A stretch of 64,000 bases of DNA from an uncultured Actinomycetes bacterium (GTDB taxonomy: Bacteria > Actinomycetota > Thermoleophilia > UBA2241), in NCBI GenBank assembly GCA_963709345.1, contig CAVPVX010000007.1:224001-288000 (forward strand), given 5' to 3'. The notes beneath the pieces are model-generated. The model saw only the letters and a list, made by a program, of their open reading frames with translations. It searched no databases and was not told the DNA's origin. The translations under genes and the position numbers were made by a program. The first letter of the stretch is position 1. Each line of letters begins with the position of its first letter. Of the stretch, positions 21,130 to 31,800 are shown one piece after another.

Positions 21130-21945
21130 TCAGGGAGCCCCTCCATCCTCTTCCTCCACCAGTTGGTACCAAGGGCGCCGGGTGCCCACCCGGGCACGCA
21201 GTCGCCAGCCGACCGTCTTGGGAACCGCGTCGATGGCCCCGGTCAGCACAGCGACCCGCGCGCGCACCCGCACGAGATCTTCGGGAGTGAGGCCCGACGA
21301 GCCTCCCGCCTCCACGCAGCGCTGCAGATTTCGTGTCACGTCGTAGAAGAGGCCCCAGTCCCCGGCGCAGAGCCCCGCGATGTACTCCGCGTCGATCGCC
21401 CGCGGCCCGGCCTCGTCGGCGTCCGCCGAGACCGCCAGCAGATGCAGCGCGTCGTGCACGTCGCGCGGCTCCGCGCGCGTGATGAGCAGCTTGGTGACCA
21501 GCAGATCGCTCGCGGAGAGCGTGTAGGGATGCAGCCCAAGACGATCCCTGAGATCGATCTCGTGCTCCATCCTGAACCGGTCGAAGAAGACGTCCACGTG
21601 ATCGTCCTCATGTGCGCGGCCGCCGCCGGCCGTCACGTGTTCGCAGGGCCGCACGAACTGTGCCTGCCGCCCCATTGTGGCCATCCTCACGTGGTCGCGC
21701 TCGCCGTACCCGAGATCCCCCAGGATGTCGACCACCCCGACCGCCTCGCGGCTCAGCCCCGCGAGATCGACGTCCGCGTAGTCCCGCTCGCAGCTCGCAA
21801 GCCCGTCGCAGTGAGTGGCCACGGCGAGGCCCCCGAGCAGGCGCAGCGTCACACCGCGCGCTCGCGCGGCATCGACGATGCGCCGGCCCTCGGCGACCAT
21901 CCTCAGCCGAAGTGGGCCGCCAGCAGTGTCGGCGGATCCTTCCAT
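21130..21945 (-). CDS. Uncharacterised nucleotidyltransferase-fold protein, paralog of 20160-21086
   Basis: LRLLGGLAV...YADVDL, VDVFFD.FRMEH, DLLVTKL, DWGLF, K.VGWRLRARVG; 3' part of ORF 21130..23061. Confidence 0.7.
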   Translation of the reverse strand: MEGSADTAGGPLRLRMVAEGRRIVDAARARGVTLRLLGGLAVATHCDGLASCERDYADVDLAGLSREAVGVVDILGDLGYGERDHVRMATMGRQAQFVRPCEHVTAGGGRAHEDDHVDVFFDRFRMEHEIDLRDRLGLHPYTLSASDLLVTKLLITRAEPRDVHDALHLLAVSADADEAGPRAIDAEYIAGLCAGDWGLFYDVTRNLQRCVEAGGSSGLTPEDLVRVRARVAVLTGAIDAVPKTVGWRLRARVGTRRPWYQLVEEEDGGAP

Positions 21946-21995
21946 GCCGGCTATGTGCCCCCACTCCCCCCTCACCAAGCGCGCCGCGGCGCCGA

Positions 21996-23022
21996 TCAAG
22001 CCTGGGGCCAGGCGGGCGGCGGGGCGACGAGGCGCCACTCGACGCCGTCCTCGAGTTCCCGCACGACGGCCCAGTCCCCGCGCGAGAAGTGCCGCAGGGC
22101 CAGCGGCTCCACGACCCGCTCGTCCTGGGCCAGGAGGTCGCCCAGGGACCGCACGAGACGCGCCCCGCCCTCGGCGACCGACGTCGTGTCGTCGCCGGCG
22201 ACCGCAAGGCGCAGGCGGCGCAGCGTCTCCAGCGCGTCCGCTTGCGGCTGCGCGAGCAGCGTCTGCGGCCCGTCGACGCCGTGAACGGCCAGCGCCGGGA
22301 ACCACGCCTGGCGCAACCGGCGAAAGCGCGCCTCGATGCCTCCGAGGCGGTCGACGAGACGCGCCACGAGGGCACGCTCGTGACGCCACCGACGCCGCGT
22401 GGGCGAGCCGCCGAGTCGGCTCAGCGCCGCCTCGAGGTCTGCGCAGAGCCGCCTGATCAGGACGGCCTCCCGGCGAAGCGTGTCCAGCGGGTGTCCCCCG
22501 GGAACAGCCGCCACCAGAGACTCGTCCGACGAGCTCGTCGGTCGAAGGTCCCTCGGGGTCACCGGTGCGCGCCGGCGCGCCGGCCGCGACGGAGAGCGCC
22601 TTTTCGAGCGCCGCCAGCTCCGCTGGGTCGAGACCGTCGCTGACCGCCGCCCAGCGCTCCGCCAGCTCCGGCAGCGGCCCGCCGCCCTCGAGGGCGGCGG
22701 CGATGGCGCGCAGCTCGCAGAGCCGGCTGTCGTCGCCCGCGATCCCACGAGAAGCGAAAGCCGTCCGCGCCGGGCGGCCGGTACCGCGGGCCACCTCCGC
22801 GGCGACCTCCCTTACCAGCTGCGGGCAGGTGACGTCACGGCACGCGGCGACGTCACCCAGTGTCGTGACCCGGGCCCACCGTGAAAGGGCGAGCGGCCGG
22901 TCGAGCGGCGCAACGCCGCCGCACCGGCGCAAGTACGGCTCGATGAACGGGTAGGCGTTCACGAGCGCGAACACGGTGGTGCGCGAGCCGATGAGGATGT
23001 CGGATGACGGCGCTTCGGTCAT
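21996..23022 (-). pseudogene. DUF1858/DUF438 hemerythrin-like protein, frameshifted at ~22520-22620
   Basis: TTVFALVNAYPFI...ARVTTLGDVA (DUF1858-like), then PGGHPLDTLRRE...FPAL..HG.DGP in a second frame; metal ligands look degenerate. Confidence 0.6.
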
Positions 23023-23165
23023 GGTGGCCGGACCTCTCCGTTCTGGCCGGTGACACCCCAAGCGTAGCAGCCACGCGGCGCGGCACGCACGCTGGCGGTC
23101 GCGGTGGAGCGGTGGTATCCTGCCGCTCCCGTCCCTCCACGTTCGCGCTCGCGAGTCCCCACTGC

Positions 23166-25148
23166 ATGAGCATCGTCACCTTCAATAACGTCGAGAAGTC
23201 CTTCGCGGGACAACGGCTCTTCACAACGGTGACGTTCACCGTCGACGCGCACGACCACGCCGTGCTCGTCGGCCGCAACGGGACCGGCAAGACGACGCTC
23301 CTGCGCATGATGTCGGGCGACGAGCAGCCGGACTCGGGCACCATCGCCCGGGCGCGCGGCAGGCGCGTGTGGCTCCACGAGCAGACCCCCGAACTCGAAC
23401 GCGACCGGCCGGTGCGTGACTACCTCATCGACGCGTTCGGTGAAGCGGTAGGGCTCGAGGCAGCCTTGCGGGAGACGGAGGAGAGGCTCTCCGGCCTGGC
23501 CGAACACAGTCCCGACCTGCGCGACACCATGAAGACCTACCAGCAACTGCAGCGCCGCTTCGAGGCAGCCGGCGGGTACGGCTACCGCGACCGTCTGAGC
23601 GGCGTCGTCGAGGGCCTCGGCCTTCCCGAGCACATGCTGGACCGCGGACTCCTCTCACTCTCCGGCGGCGAGCTCACACGGGTGACCCTGGCGCGGGCGC
23701 TTCTGGCCGACGCGGACCTGCTGCTCCTCGACGAGCCGACGAACCACCTCGACATAGACTCGGTGGAGTGGCTGGAGGGCTTCCTCACCGAGTACCCGCG
23801 CGCCTTCATACTCGTCACCCACGACCGCCGGCTCCTTGAGAAGGTGGGCCGCCGCGTACTCGCCGTCGAGCACGAGCACGTGGAGACGCAGGGCGGCGAC
23901 TTCGCCACGTATCTCCGCGAGAGCGAGGCTCGCCTCGACCTGATGCGCCGCGAGTACCAGCAGGACATCGAGAAGATCGAACAGCTGCAGCGCTTCTACG
24001 ACCGCTTCCACGCGAAGAAGGACAAGGCCAAGCAGGCAAAGGCCAAGCTCACGCAGATCGAGCGCATCAAGGCGGGGCTTCGCGAACCGCCCCGCCAGAA
24101 GCGCGACTTCAAGCTGGGGCTCCCTCAGCCCAAGCCTTCCGCCCGCGTGGTGCTGGAGTTGAAAACGCCGGCCGTCGGCGTCGGCTCGGCCGACGACCCC
24201 GTCGGCATCCACACGCTGGTGCGCGACGTCGACGTCGTGCTCGAACGTGGAGAGAAGGTCGCCCTGCTCGGGCCGAACGGCTCCGGCAAGACCACGCTGG
24301 TCGAGACGGTCGTCGGCCTGAGGAGCCTGCTCGACGGCGCCGCCCACCTGGGCCACAACGTCCGCGCGGCGTACTACTCACAGCAGGGCCGGGAGCTGCG
24401 CGAAGACGACACCGTGCTGCTCACCGTCCTGCCGCTCGTCGGCCACGACGAAGAGGCGGCACGGCGCCTCCTCGGGCGATTCCAGTTCGGCCCCGATGAG
24501 GTCGAGAAGAAGGTCGGGATGCTGTCGGGCGGCGAGCGCAGCCGCCTCCGCCTGCTCGCGCTGCTCGTCGGCGACGCGAACTTCCTGCTGCTCGACGAGC
24601 CTACGAACCACCTCGACATGGGCTCGGTCGAGGCGCTCGCCGACGCGCTCGAGGACTACACGGGCACCATCCTGCTCGTCACGCACGACCGGCACCTCAT
24701 CGACCGCGTCGCCACCCGCGTCCTCGAGATCCACGACAGCGGGCTGCTCAATCACCTCTCGGCGGGGCGCTACTGGGAGGCGCGAGCCGCTCGGGCCGGC
24801 GACGCGGGCGATGGCGCCACGGGCGGCGATTCGGGCGGCGGTCGGTCGGCCGTCAGAGCCGAGTCCGCCCGCGGCGGCCGCCCCGCGCCCGCGGGCGCCG
24901 CCACGACCCGCCAGACGAAGGAGAGCGCGGAGGAGTCGCGCCGCAGGCGTGCGCGTGTGCGCGGCGCGGAGGCCGCGATCCTTCGCGCCGAGAAGCGCCT
25001 CGGCGAGATCGACGCCGAGCTCGCCGAGCCGGCCACCTACGCCGACCGCGACGTCCTCAACCGCCTGCTCGACGAGCGAGGTGTCGTCGAAGGTCAGCTG
25101 CAGCGCGAGTACAAGGAGTGGGAGAAGCTCGTCGACGCCGCCGGCTGA
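23166..25148 (+). CDS. ABC-F family ATP-binding protein
   Basis: Two ABC cassettes (GRNGTGKT, GPNGSGKT; LSGGE; LLDEPTNHLD x2), no TM, C-terminal coiled coil. Confidence 0.93.
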   Translation: MSIVTFNNVEKSFAGQRLFTTVTFTVDAHDHAVLVGRNGTGKTTLLRMMSGDEQPDSGTIARARGRRVWLHEQTPELERDRPVRDYLIDAFGEAVGLEAALRETEERLSGLAEHSPDLRDTMKTYQQLQRRFEAAGGYGYRDRLSGVVEGLGLPEHMLDRGLLSLSGGELTRVTLARALLADADLLLLDEPTNHLDIDSVEWLEGFLTEYPRAFILVTHDRRLLEKVGRRVLAVEHEHVETQGGDFATYLRESEARLDLMRREYQQDIEKIEQLQRFYDRFHAKKDKAKQAKAKLTQIERIKAGLREPPRQKRDFKLGLPQPKPSARVVLELKTPAVGVGSADDPVGIHTLVRDVDVVLERGEKVALLGPNGSGKTTLVETVVGLRSLLDGAAHLGHNVRAAYYSQQGRELREDDTVLLTVLPLVGHDEEAARRLLGRFQFGPDEVEKKVGMLSGGERSRLRLLALLVGDANFLLLDEPTNHLDMGSVEALADALEDYTGTILLVTHDRHLIDRVATRVLEIHDSGLLNHLSAGRYWEARAARAGDAGDGATGGDSGGGRSAVRAESARGGRPAPAGAATTRQTKESAEESRRRRARVRGAEAAILRAEKRLGEIDAELAEPATYADRDVLNRLLDERGVVEGQLQREYKEWEKLVDAAG

Positions 25149-25193
25149 GGCACCGGCGTCTTCCCACACGGCATCCGTGCTAGGCTCCGGAGG

Positions 25194-26045
25194 ATGCCCG
25201 CACCCCCCTCGGTAAGCCGCTCCGCCCCCACCCCCAGTCGCTCACGCCTCCGCCGCCTGCAGGTCCGCATCCTCGGCTGGTACGCCGAGAACGCCCGCGA
25301 CCTCCCGTGGCGCCACACCACGGATCCGTACGCGATCCTCGTGAGCGAGGTCATGCTCCAGCAGACGCAGGTGGCGCGCGTCGTGCCGCGCTTCGAGGAG
25401 TGGATGGCCGCCTGGCCGGATCTCGAGGCACTCGCGGCGGCGTCGCTCGCCGACGTCCTGCGACGCTGGCAGGGGCTCGGCTACAACAACCGGGCGGCCC
25501 GCCTGCAGGCTTGCGCCGTTGCGGCAGTCGCCCGTTGTGCGCCGGAGCGGACCGCGGAGCTGCCGCGCTCTCCGGCCGGGCTCATGGACCTCCCCGGCGT
25601 CGGCCCCTACACGGCCCGGGCGGTGCTGGTCTTCGCCCACAACGACGATCTCGCGGCGGTCGACGCCAACGTGCGGCGCGTACTGACACACGAGCTCGGT
25701 CTTCGACCCGACCTGGGCGACGGCGAACTGCAGACGGTCGCCGAGGCGGCGCTCCCGCGGGGTCGCAGCCGCGAGTGGCACAACGCCCTCATGGACTACG
25801 GCGCTCTGGTCCTGACGGCCCGCGCCACAGGCATCTCACCGCGCACGCGCCAGAGCGCGTTCGAGGGATCCCGGCGTCAGAAACGCGCCCTGCTCCTGCG
25901 CGCTCTGCTGTCACGGAGCCCACTGACACCGGCCGAGCTGGCTGACGAACTCGCACTGCCCGCGGAGGACGTCGACGATCTGATTCGACTGCTCCAGCGT
26001 GACGGGCTCGTGAGCGTGGATTCGGGCAAGGTCTCCGTGGCGTGA
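25194..26045 (+). CDS. mutY: MutY-like A/G-specific adenine glycosylase lacking the Fe-S motif
   Basis: RDLPWR, VSEVMLQQTQV, WQGLGYN.RA, LPGVGPYTA, VDANVRRV, ALMDYGA. Confidence 0.82.
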   Translation: MPAPPSVSRSAPTPSRSRLRRLQVRILGWYAENARDLPWRHTTDPYAILVSEVMLQQTQVARVVPRFEEWMAAWPDLEALAAASLADVLRRWQGLGYNNRAARLQACAVAAVARCAPERTAELPRSPAGLMDLPGVGPYTARAVLVFAHNDDLAAVDANVRRVLTHELGLRPDLGDGELQTVAEAALPRGRSREWHNALMDYGALVLTARATGISPRTRQSAFEGSRRQKRALLLRALLSRSPLTPAELADELALPAEDVDDLIRLLQRDGLVSVDSGKVSVA

Positions 26046-26387
26046 GCGTGCCGGCCGCCGAGTAGTCTGGGCTCACGCCACACCGCCTCGGGAGGCACAG
26101 ACGACGGCTCGGTGCCCGACTCCGTCGGCGAAGCGTACGGCGAGTGGCTGCCGCTGCACCACGCTCTGGAGGCGGTCCGTCGAAGGCCTCGCGACGACAT
26201 GGCCGGCGACTGGGCGGCCGCTCGCGAGGCCGCCGACGCGCTGGGGTGCACGCCAGCGGGCCCGGTGACCGGAGTCCACGAGCTCAGCCGCACGGACGGG
26301 GCCCCGCCGACTACGTCACCCGCATCCGTCTGCCGTACGCTCGCTGAGAGCAGGGCGGGCGGGCCGCGCAGCCGCCCCGCGCGCGCC

Positions 26388-26707
26388 TCACGTGCGGAAC
26401 ATCGTCAGCAGGAAGACGAGCTCTCCCTGCGCCTTCACGGCGTGGCGCAAATCGGCCGGCATGTAGTACAGCTTGCCGGCGCTCGCCTCGTGCGCCGTGC
26501 CGTCGAGCACGACTTCCCCTGCCCGCCGAGCACGTGTATGACGGCAGGAACGCTGGCCGTGTGCTCGCTCAGCTCCTGGCCCTGAGCCAGCGTGAAGTGG
26601 ACGATCTTGTGATGCGCGTTCTCGACGATCGCCTTGCTCACGATCCCGCGATCGGCGACCTCGACCATGCCGTCGAGATCGACGACCAGCGGTTCGGCAG
26701 TCTCCAT
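26388..26707 (-). pseudogene. Cupin-domain protein, single-G frameshift at ~26518 (possibly an assembly error)
   Basis: GQELSEHTA..PA.IHVL in one frame, GEVVLDG...MPADLRHAVKA in another; junction lies in a GGGG run. Confidence 0.75.
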
Positions 26708-26819
26708 GTTCGACCTCCGTCGGTGTTTGCCGTCTTACAACCGACGGTACCCCGGAGCCACCGCTCCTCATCTTGACTTTCGTCAGGCCCGCTTCTCGTG
26801 CGCGCCACGTGAGTTCAGT

Positions 26820-26866
26820 TTGACACCGCCGGGCCTTGGTCATATAGTTTGTGAGGCGTTACACAA
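26820..26866 (+). promoter_or_regulatory. Consensus sigma70 promoter followed by a Rex/CRP-like operator
   Basis: TTGACA(26820)-N17-TATAGT(26843), directly followed by TTGTGAGGCGTTACACAA (26849-26866). Confidence 0.75.
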
Positions 26867-26899
26867 TATCGAGAAATTAGACACGTGAGGAGGGTCGCC

Positions 26900-27049
26900 A
26901 TGACTGATCGGATCTCCAGGCTTAAGCGCTTCTTCGAGGGCACGGCCAGCGTCGTGGCCTCCCCCATGGGCGACGCCAGGAGTCACCTGCGCGGCAAGGA
27001 CTTCATGAGGATCGACCTTACCGGGAGCGCGCGCTCCTACAGGGTCTGA
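26900..27049 (+). CDS. 49-aa hypothetical peptide A (absent from ORF track)
   Basis: GAGGAGG RBS; MTDRISRLKRFFEGTASVVASPMGDARSHLRGKDFMRIDLTGSARSYRV; paralogous to the next ORF. Confidence 0.75.
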   Translation: MTDRISRLKRFFEGTASVVASPMGDARSHLRGKDFMRIDLTGSARSYRV

Positions 27050-27069
27050 ACAGAGAGGCGGTGGGCACC

Positions 27070-27207
27070 ATGCAGCATCGAATCTTTCGCTCCATCGGCC
27101 GTTTCTTCGAGGGTACCGGCGGAGTTCTCGGGACCCCCTCGGGCGACGCCCGCGGCCACATCCGTGTCACCGTCAAGACCGTGCACGACGGCGACTCGTC
27201 AGCCTGA
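27070..27207 (+). CDS. 45-aa hypothetical peptide B (absent from ORF track)
   Basis: GAGGCGG upstream; MQHRIFRSIGRFFEGTGGVLGTPSGDARGHIRVTVKTVHDGDSSA. Confidence 0.72.
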   Translation: MQHRIFRSIGRFFEGTGGVLGTPSGDARGHIRVTVKTVHDGDSSA

Positions 27208-27288
27208 TTCATGGGAAGCTGACCCAGCCCGCCAAACTACAACACCCCCCTCCCGACAGCGGCCCCCCCAGCCGCGACCGGTGAGTCA

Positions 27289-27360
27289 AAGGGCCTCTCG
27301 CCCCCTGGTTCCGGCCCCCCATACGGCCAGGGATACGGCGAGGGGCCCTTCCCCTTTTCT
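27289..27360 (+). terminator. Long stem-loop with short pyrimidine tail
   Basis: AAGGGCCTCTCGCC / GGCGAGGGGCCCTT with inner CCCTGG/CCAGGG, then CCCCTTTTCT. Confidence 0.55.
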
Positions 27361-27444
27361 CAGTGCGACCACCACGGCCGACAGCGACGCCCGAAAGAGG
27401 TGCGGTCGGCGTGCAACGCCGCCCGGACCCGCGTCGCCCTCGGC

Positions 27445-28809
27445 TCAGACCGGGAAGCAGGCGGGGTAGCGGCGCGGCTTCTTCTTGCGCCGCTGGTACG
27501 TGCGCGCGAGCTCGATGAAGATCCCGACGTCGCGCTCCAGGTCGCCCTGCGTACCGTCGAAGTAGAACGTGCGGATCGGCATATCGTCGAGGTCCTTCTG
27601 CAGACTCGGGTACACCGCCTCCGTCACGATGCCGTTCATGCAAGTGAAGGGGCTGATGTCGATGATGCCGTCGGCGCCCTTCTGGTACAGGTAGATGGCC
27701 TTCCCGCTGCTCAGCACCATCTCGCCCAGGGCGCCCGTGTACGGCAGATAGGGATAGCTCATCTGCAGGACATCGCGCACGTCCACGGGCTCCTCGTACC
27801 CCACGAAGTCGTCGTGGAACGGTCCGTACAACGCATGCTCGTCGCGGCGCATGATCTTGTTCTTGAGGACTCGGACGAGGCTGTCCTTGCTGATGCGCCG
27901 GCCTTCGTCGATGAGCCGGCGACGCTGCTCGTCATCGGTGTACCAGACCCACTCCCCGATGTCCGACAGCCAGCACTCGCCGCCCTGCTCCTCGACGACG
28001 CGGATGAGGTCGAAGTTCGAGAAGGTGTTCTGGCGGCAGAAGATCTCGCCGACCACGCCGACCAGGGGGCGCGAAGCGTCGTAGTCGGCGGGCAACTGGC
28101 GGAAGCGGTCGCGGGCGCGCACCATGGCCGGCACGATGGCCTCCAGGCGCTGCCTGTGCGACACGCCGTTCAGGCTGACCGCCTCGCCCACCTCTTCGAG
28201 GCTGAGCGTGTAGGCGGCGTCCGCGGCACCCTTCTTGCGCTCGTAGGGCCGGGTCTTGAGCAGGAGCTTCATGAGGATGTCCTGGCACAGCACCGCCCGC
28301 CAGGCAGTGCGCACGAGATCCTGTGAATAGTTGCCGATCGACGAGTACCCGTCGCCCGACGTGATGCTGATCACCGGGACGTCGCTGTAGCCGAGCTCGT
28401 CGAACTTGCTGCGGATGAGGTGCAGGTACTGGCCGAAGCGGCACGGCCCGTTGGCCGACGGCATCAGGAAGGCGACGTTGTCGCGGCCTTCGTCCTCGAT
28501 GATGCGCAGGAAGTCGCCGAGCGTGATCTTCTGCGGGTAGCACTCGTCGCCGGAGGTCACCCGACTGCCGAGCTCCAGCGTGCGCTCGTCCGAGTCGCTG
28601 GTCGGCCAGCAGTCGAAGCCGATGGATCTGATCGCCGCGGCCAGCAGGTAGGAGCCGCCGTACGGCATCTGCGGCAGGTAGAGCGTCCGGCCCTCGAGAC
28701 CGTACGCGGCGATCGCCTGCTTGATGCCTTCATCCTGGACGGCCGCGCCGGCCGACGCGACGGCGTCTCCCGCGGCGGCTCCGCCCTGGGGACTAGGTGG
28801 CGACGACAC
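27445..28809 (-). CDS. 2-hydroxyacyl-CoA dehydratase-like reductase subunit (PlsR-like)
   Basis: GDECYP, GPCRFGQY, VGVVGEIF, GEMVLS.GK, ISPFTCM; GAGGAGG RBS overlapping the upstream gene. Confidence 0.8.
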   Translation of the reverse strand: MSSPPSPQGGAAAGDAVASAGAAVQDEGIKQAIAAYGLEGRTLYLPQMPYGGSYLLAAAIRSIGFDCWPTSDSDERTLELGSRVTSGDECYPQKITLGDFLRIIEDEGRDNVAFLMPSANGPCRFGQYLHLIRSKFDELGYSDVPVISITSGDGYSSIGNYSQDLVRTAWRAVLCQDILMKLLLKTRPYERKKGAADAAYTLSLEEVGEAVSLNGVSHRQRLEAIVPAMVRARDRFRQLPADYDASRPLVGVVGEIFCRQNTFSNFDLIRVVEEQGGECWLSDIGEWVWYTDDEQRRRLIDEGRRISKDSLVRVLKNKIMRRDEHALYGPFHDDFVGYEEPVDVRDVLQMSYPYLPYTGALGEMVLSSGKAIYLYQKGADGIIDISPFTCMNGIVTEAVYPSLQKDLDDMPIRTFYFDGTQGDLERDVGIFIELARTYQRRKKKPRRYPACFPV

Positions 28810-31800
28810 CGGCCACCTCCTCACGGCACTCGCGCGCCTCGTCGGCCGCGTCCTGGGACCACCAGCGCAGGAAGCCCTTGCTGTCGAGGTACGCCTCGCA
28901 GCGGGTCATGGCCCCGGCATCGTTCTGGTGCTCGTCGAACTGCAGCGTGAGGAACGGCTTGCCCGACGCCTCGCGCACGTAGTGCTTGATGTACGAGTCG
29001 GGGCCGCACTTGAAGTTCGTCATGTAGATCATGTGCAGCCGGTCCTTGTCGCGCACCCAGGTCGCCGTCTGGAGGATCTTGCGCCCGTAGTTCCAGTACA
29101 TGTTGGGGACAAGCGGATCGATGTCGATCCCCTTGATGGGCAGGAAGTCGAGCGGGATCAGGTTGACGCCGTAGAACTTGCGCAGCTTGCGCGGGATGTC
29201 CATGTTGATGCCCTTGTCGTACATGTTGTACGGGCGGCCCACGAGCACGACGCCGAGCTCGCCGGCCTCGTCGAGCCGGCGCAAGGCTTCGGCGCCGGCG
29301 ACCAGGAGGGCGCTCCGGAACTCGTCCTGGGCCGCGTAGGCGCGGTCGAGCGCGACGCGCACCCGCGCCTTGTTCGCACCGATACTCGCGCCCATCTCCG
29401 CCATGTCGCGGACGAGACCCTCCCTGCCGTCACGGAACTGCACGCGCGGCGCGAGGATCCTGCCCTTGTCCGGCTCAAGCCCAGGCGCGGTCTTGATGAC
29501 GAACGGCAGCGTCTGCCCCCAAGGGCAGGCGTGCGAGTTGTACTCCATGAACTCGGTCTCTTCGTTCACCTGGTTGGGCACGAAGACCCAGTCCACGCCC
29601 TGCCGCAACAGCCACTGGACGTGGCCGTGCGCAGCGCTGATCGGGAAGCACGGCTCGGCGACGGTGAGATCGACACCGGCCTCGCGGATCTGCTTGTCGC
29701 TCTCCGGTGAGAGCACCGGCCGCAGGCCCAGCTCGGCGAAGAACGTCGCCCAGAACGGCAGTCGGTCGTACGTGTACATGGCGCGCGCGAGGCCGACGGT
29801 GGGCGCCGTGTCCGGCACGCGTTCGCGTGCCGCTTCATACGGCGCCAGCAGTCGCTGCTCGCGGAAGGCGACGAGGTCTTCGATCACCGGCTCCTTGTCG
29901 ACCTTGGCCGGCTTGCGGTAGCGGTCGCTGCACTTGTCGCCCCAGTATGTCTTCTTGCCCTCGATGGTGAACTGGCGGATGTCGCATTCGTTCGAGCAGC
30001 CCTTGCACACGAAATCGACGACCGTGTAGTCGACCTCTGCGAGGTCCCAGCCCCGGAACGTCGTGGGCTCGCCGGTGCGCTGGGTGCGCTCGCGGGCGAG
30101 CAAGGCCATTCCGAGCGCGCCCATGACGCCGTTGTGCGGCGGGACGATGATCTCCTTGCCGAGGATCTGGCTGAAGGCGGCCGCCACGGCGTCGTTGTAC
30201 GCGGTGCCGCCCTGGAAGAAGATGCACTCCCCGACGTGGCGCTCGCGCACCAGCCGGTTCAGGTAGTTCGTGGCGATGCTGAAGGCGAGGCCCGCGACCA
30301 GGTCCTCGCGGCGCGCGCCGCGCTGCTGGTACGCCATGACGTCGCGCTCCATGAAGACGGTGCAGCGCTCGCCGAGCCGGATCGGCGCCGGCGAGCTCAA
30401 CGCCAACTCCGCGAACTCGTCGATGATGTTGATGCCGAGCTTCTCGGCCTGCTCCTCGAGGAAGGACCCGGTGCCGGCGGCGCACGCCTCATTCATGGCG
30501 AAGTCGACGACGATGCCGTCCTGCAGGCTGATGAACTTGGAGTCCTGGCCGCCGATCTCGAAGATCGTATCGCAACGCCTGTCGATCCGGCGGCCGATGT
30601 AGTCGGCGCCGGTCTTGTGGGCCGTGATCTCGTCGGTGACGATATCGGCTCCCGTGAGCTCACCGATGAGCTCGCGGCCGGAGCCGGTGGTGCCGACCCC
30701 GAGCAGGTTGATGCGCGCGCCGATCTCGCTCTGGATGTCGGCGAGCCCCTTGGCCACGACCTCTACGGGACGCGCGTCGGTCTTCGTGTAGATCTCCTTG
30801 ATGACCTCACCCTCGCCGTCGATCACGACGAGGTTGGTGGAGACGGAGCCGATGTCGATGCCCATGTAGGCGTCGATCACTCCCCCGTTGCCGTCGAAGT
30901 CGAACGCGCGGGCCATGTCGCGCAGCAGCAGCACGCGCTCCATGGAAAGAGGCTCGGTGACGGGGAACGCGGCGGCCGGAAGGTTGCCCGCGTCGAGCGC
31001 GCCGACGGCGGCATCGCGCGCGTGTTCGAGGTCGGCCTCGATGAGCGCCGCGCCGACCGCCCCGATGCTGGCGTGGAACTCGGGGATGAACAGCCTTTCG
31101 TCGTCCAGATCGAACGCCTCTCGCAGCGACAGCACGGCTCCTGCGTTCGCGGCCACCCCGCCGATGAACGCTACCGGCGCTTCGACGAGCTTGCCCTTGG
31201 CTATCGTGCCTTTGAAGTTGCGCATCACGGCGTCGCACAGACCGCGCAGCACTTCCGGAGGCTCGTACCCCTTCTGCTGGGCGTGGATCATGTCGCTCTT
31301 GGCGAACACGCTGCAGCGGCCGGCAATGCTCGCCGCCTTGCCCGCGCCGAGCACGATGTCGCCGACGTCTTCGATCTCGTACAGCAGGCGGCTCGCCTGC
31401 TGATCCATGAACGAGCCCGTTCCGGCGGCGCAGTCGCCGTTGGTCTGGTAGTCGACGATGCCGGCGCACGCTCCGTCGGCACCGCTGTCGAGGCGGATGT
31501 ACTTGGAAGTCTCCCCGCCCATCTCGAAGACGGTGCGCGTACCGGGGTGCAGCGCGGTGATGCCTCGGGTGATGGCCTTGAACTCGTTCTCGAACCCCGC
31601 GTTGAACGCCGGCGCCACCAGTCGGCCGCCCGAACCGGTGACACGGGCGCCTGTGAGGCCCCCCGGCGGCAGGGCCGCACGCAGTTCGGCGAGGAGCGCC
31701 GCCGCCGTGTCGGCCGGGCTCCCCTTGATGCGGCGGTACAGCACGACGAGCACCGGCGCCCCGTCGACCAGAGTCAGCCCCTCAGCCGCTGTCTGGAAGA

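Noticed and set aside
21130-23061. 643-aa fusion of DUF1858 and nucleotidyltransferase
   Set aside because: Produced by a frameshift; the middle is off-frame Arg/Ala/Pro-rich sequence and two separate genes explain it
26046-26387. Gene between mutY and the cupin
   Set aside because: Candidate ORFs lack an RBS or recognisable motifs
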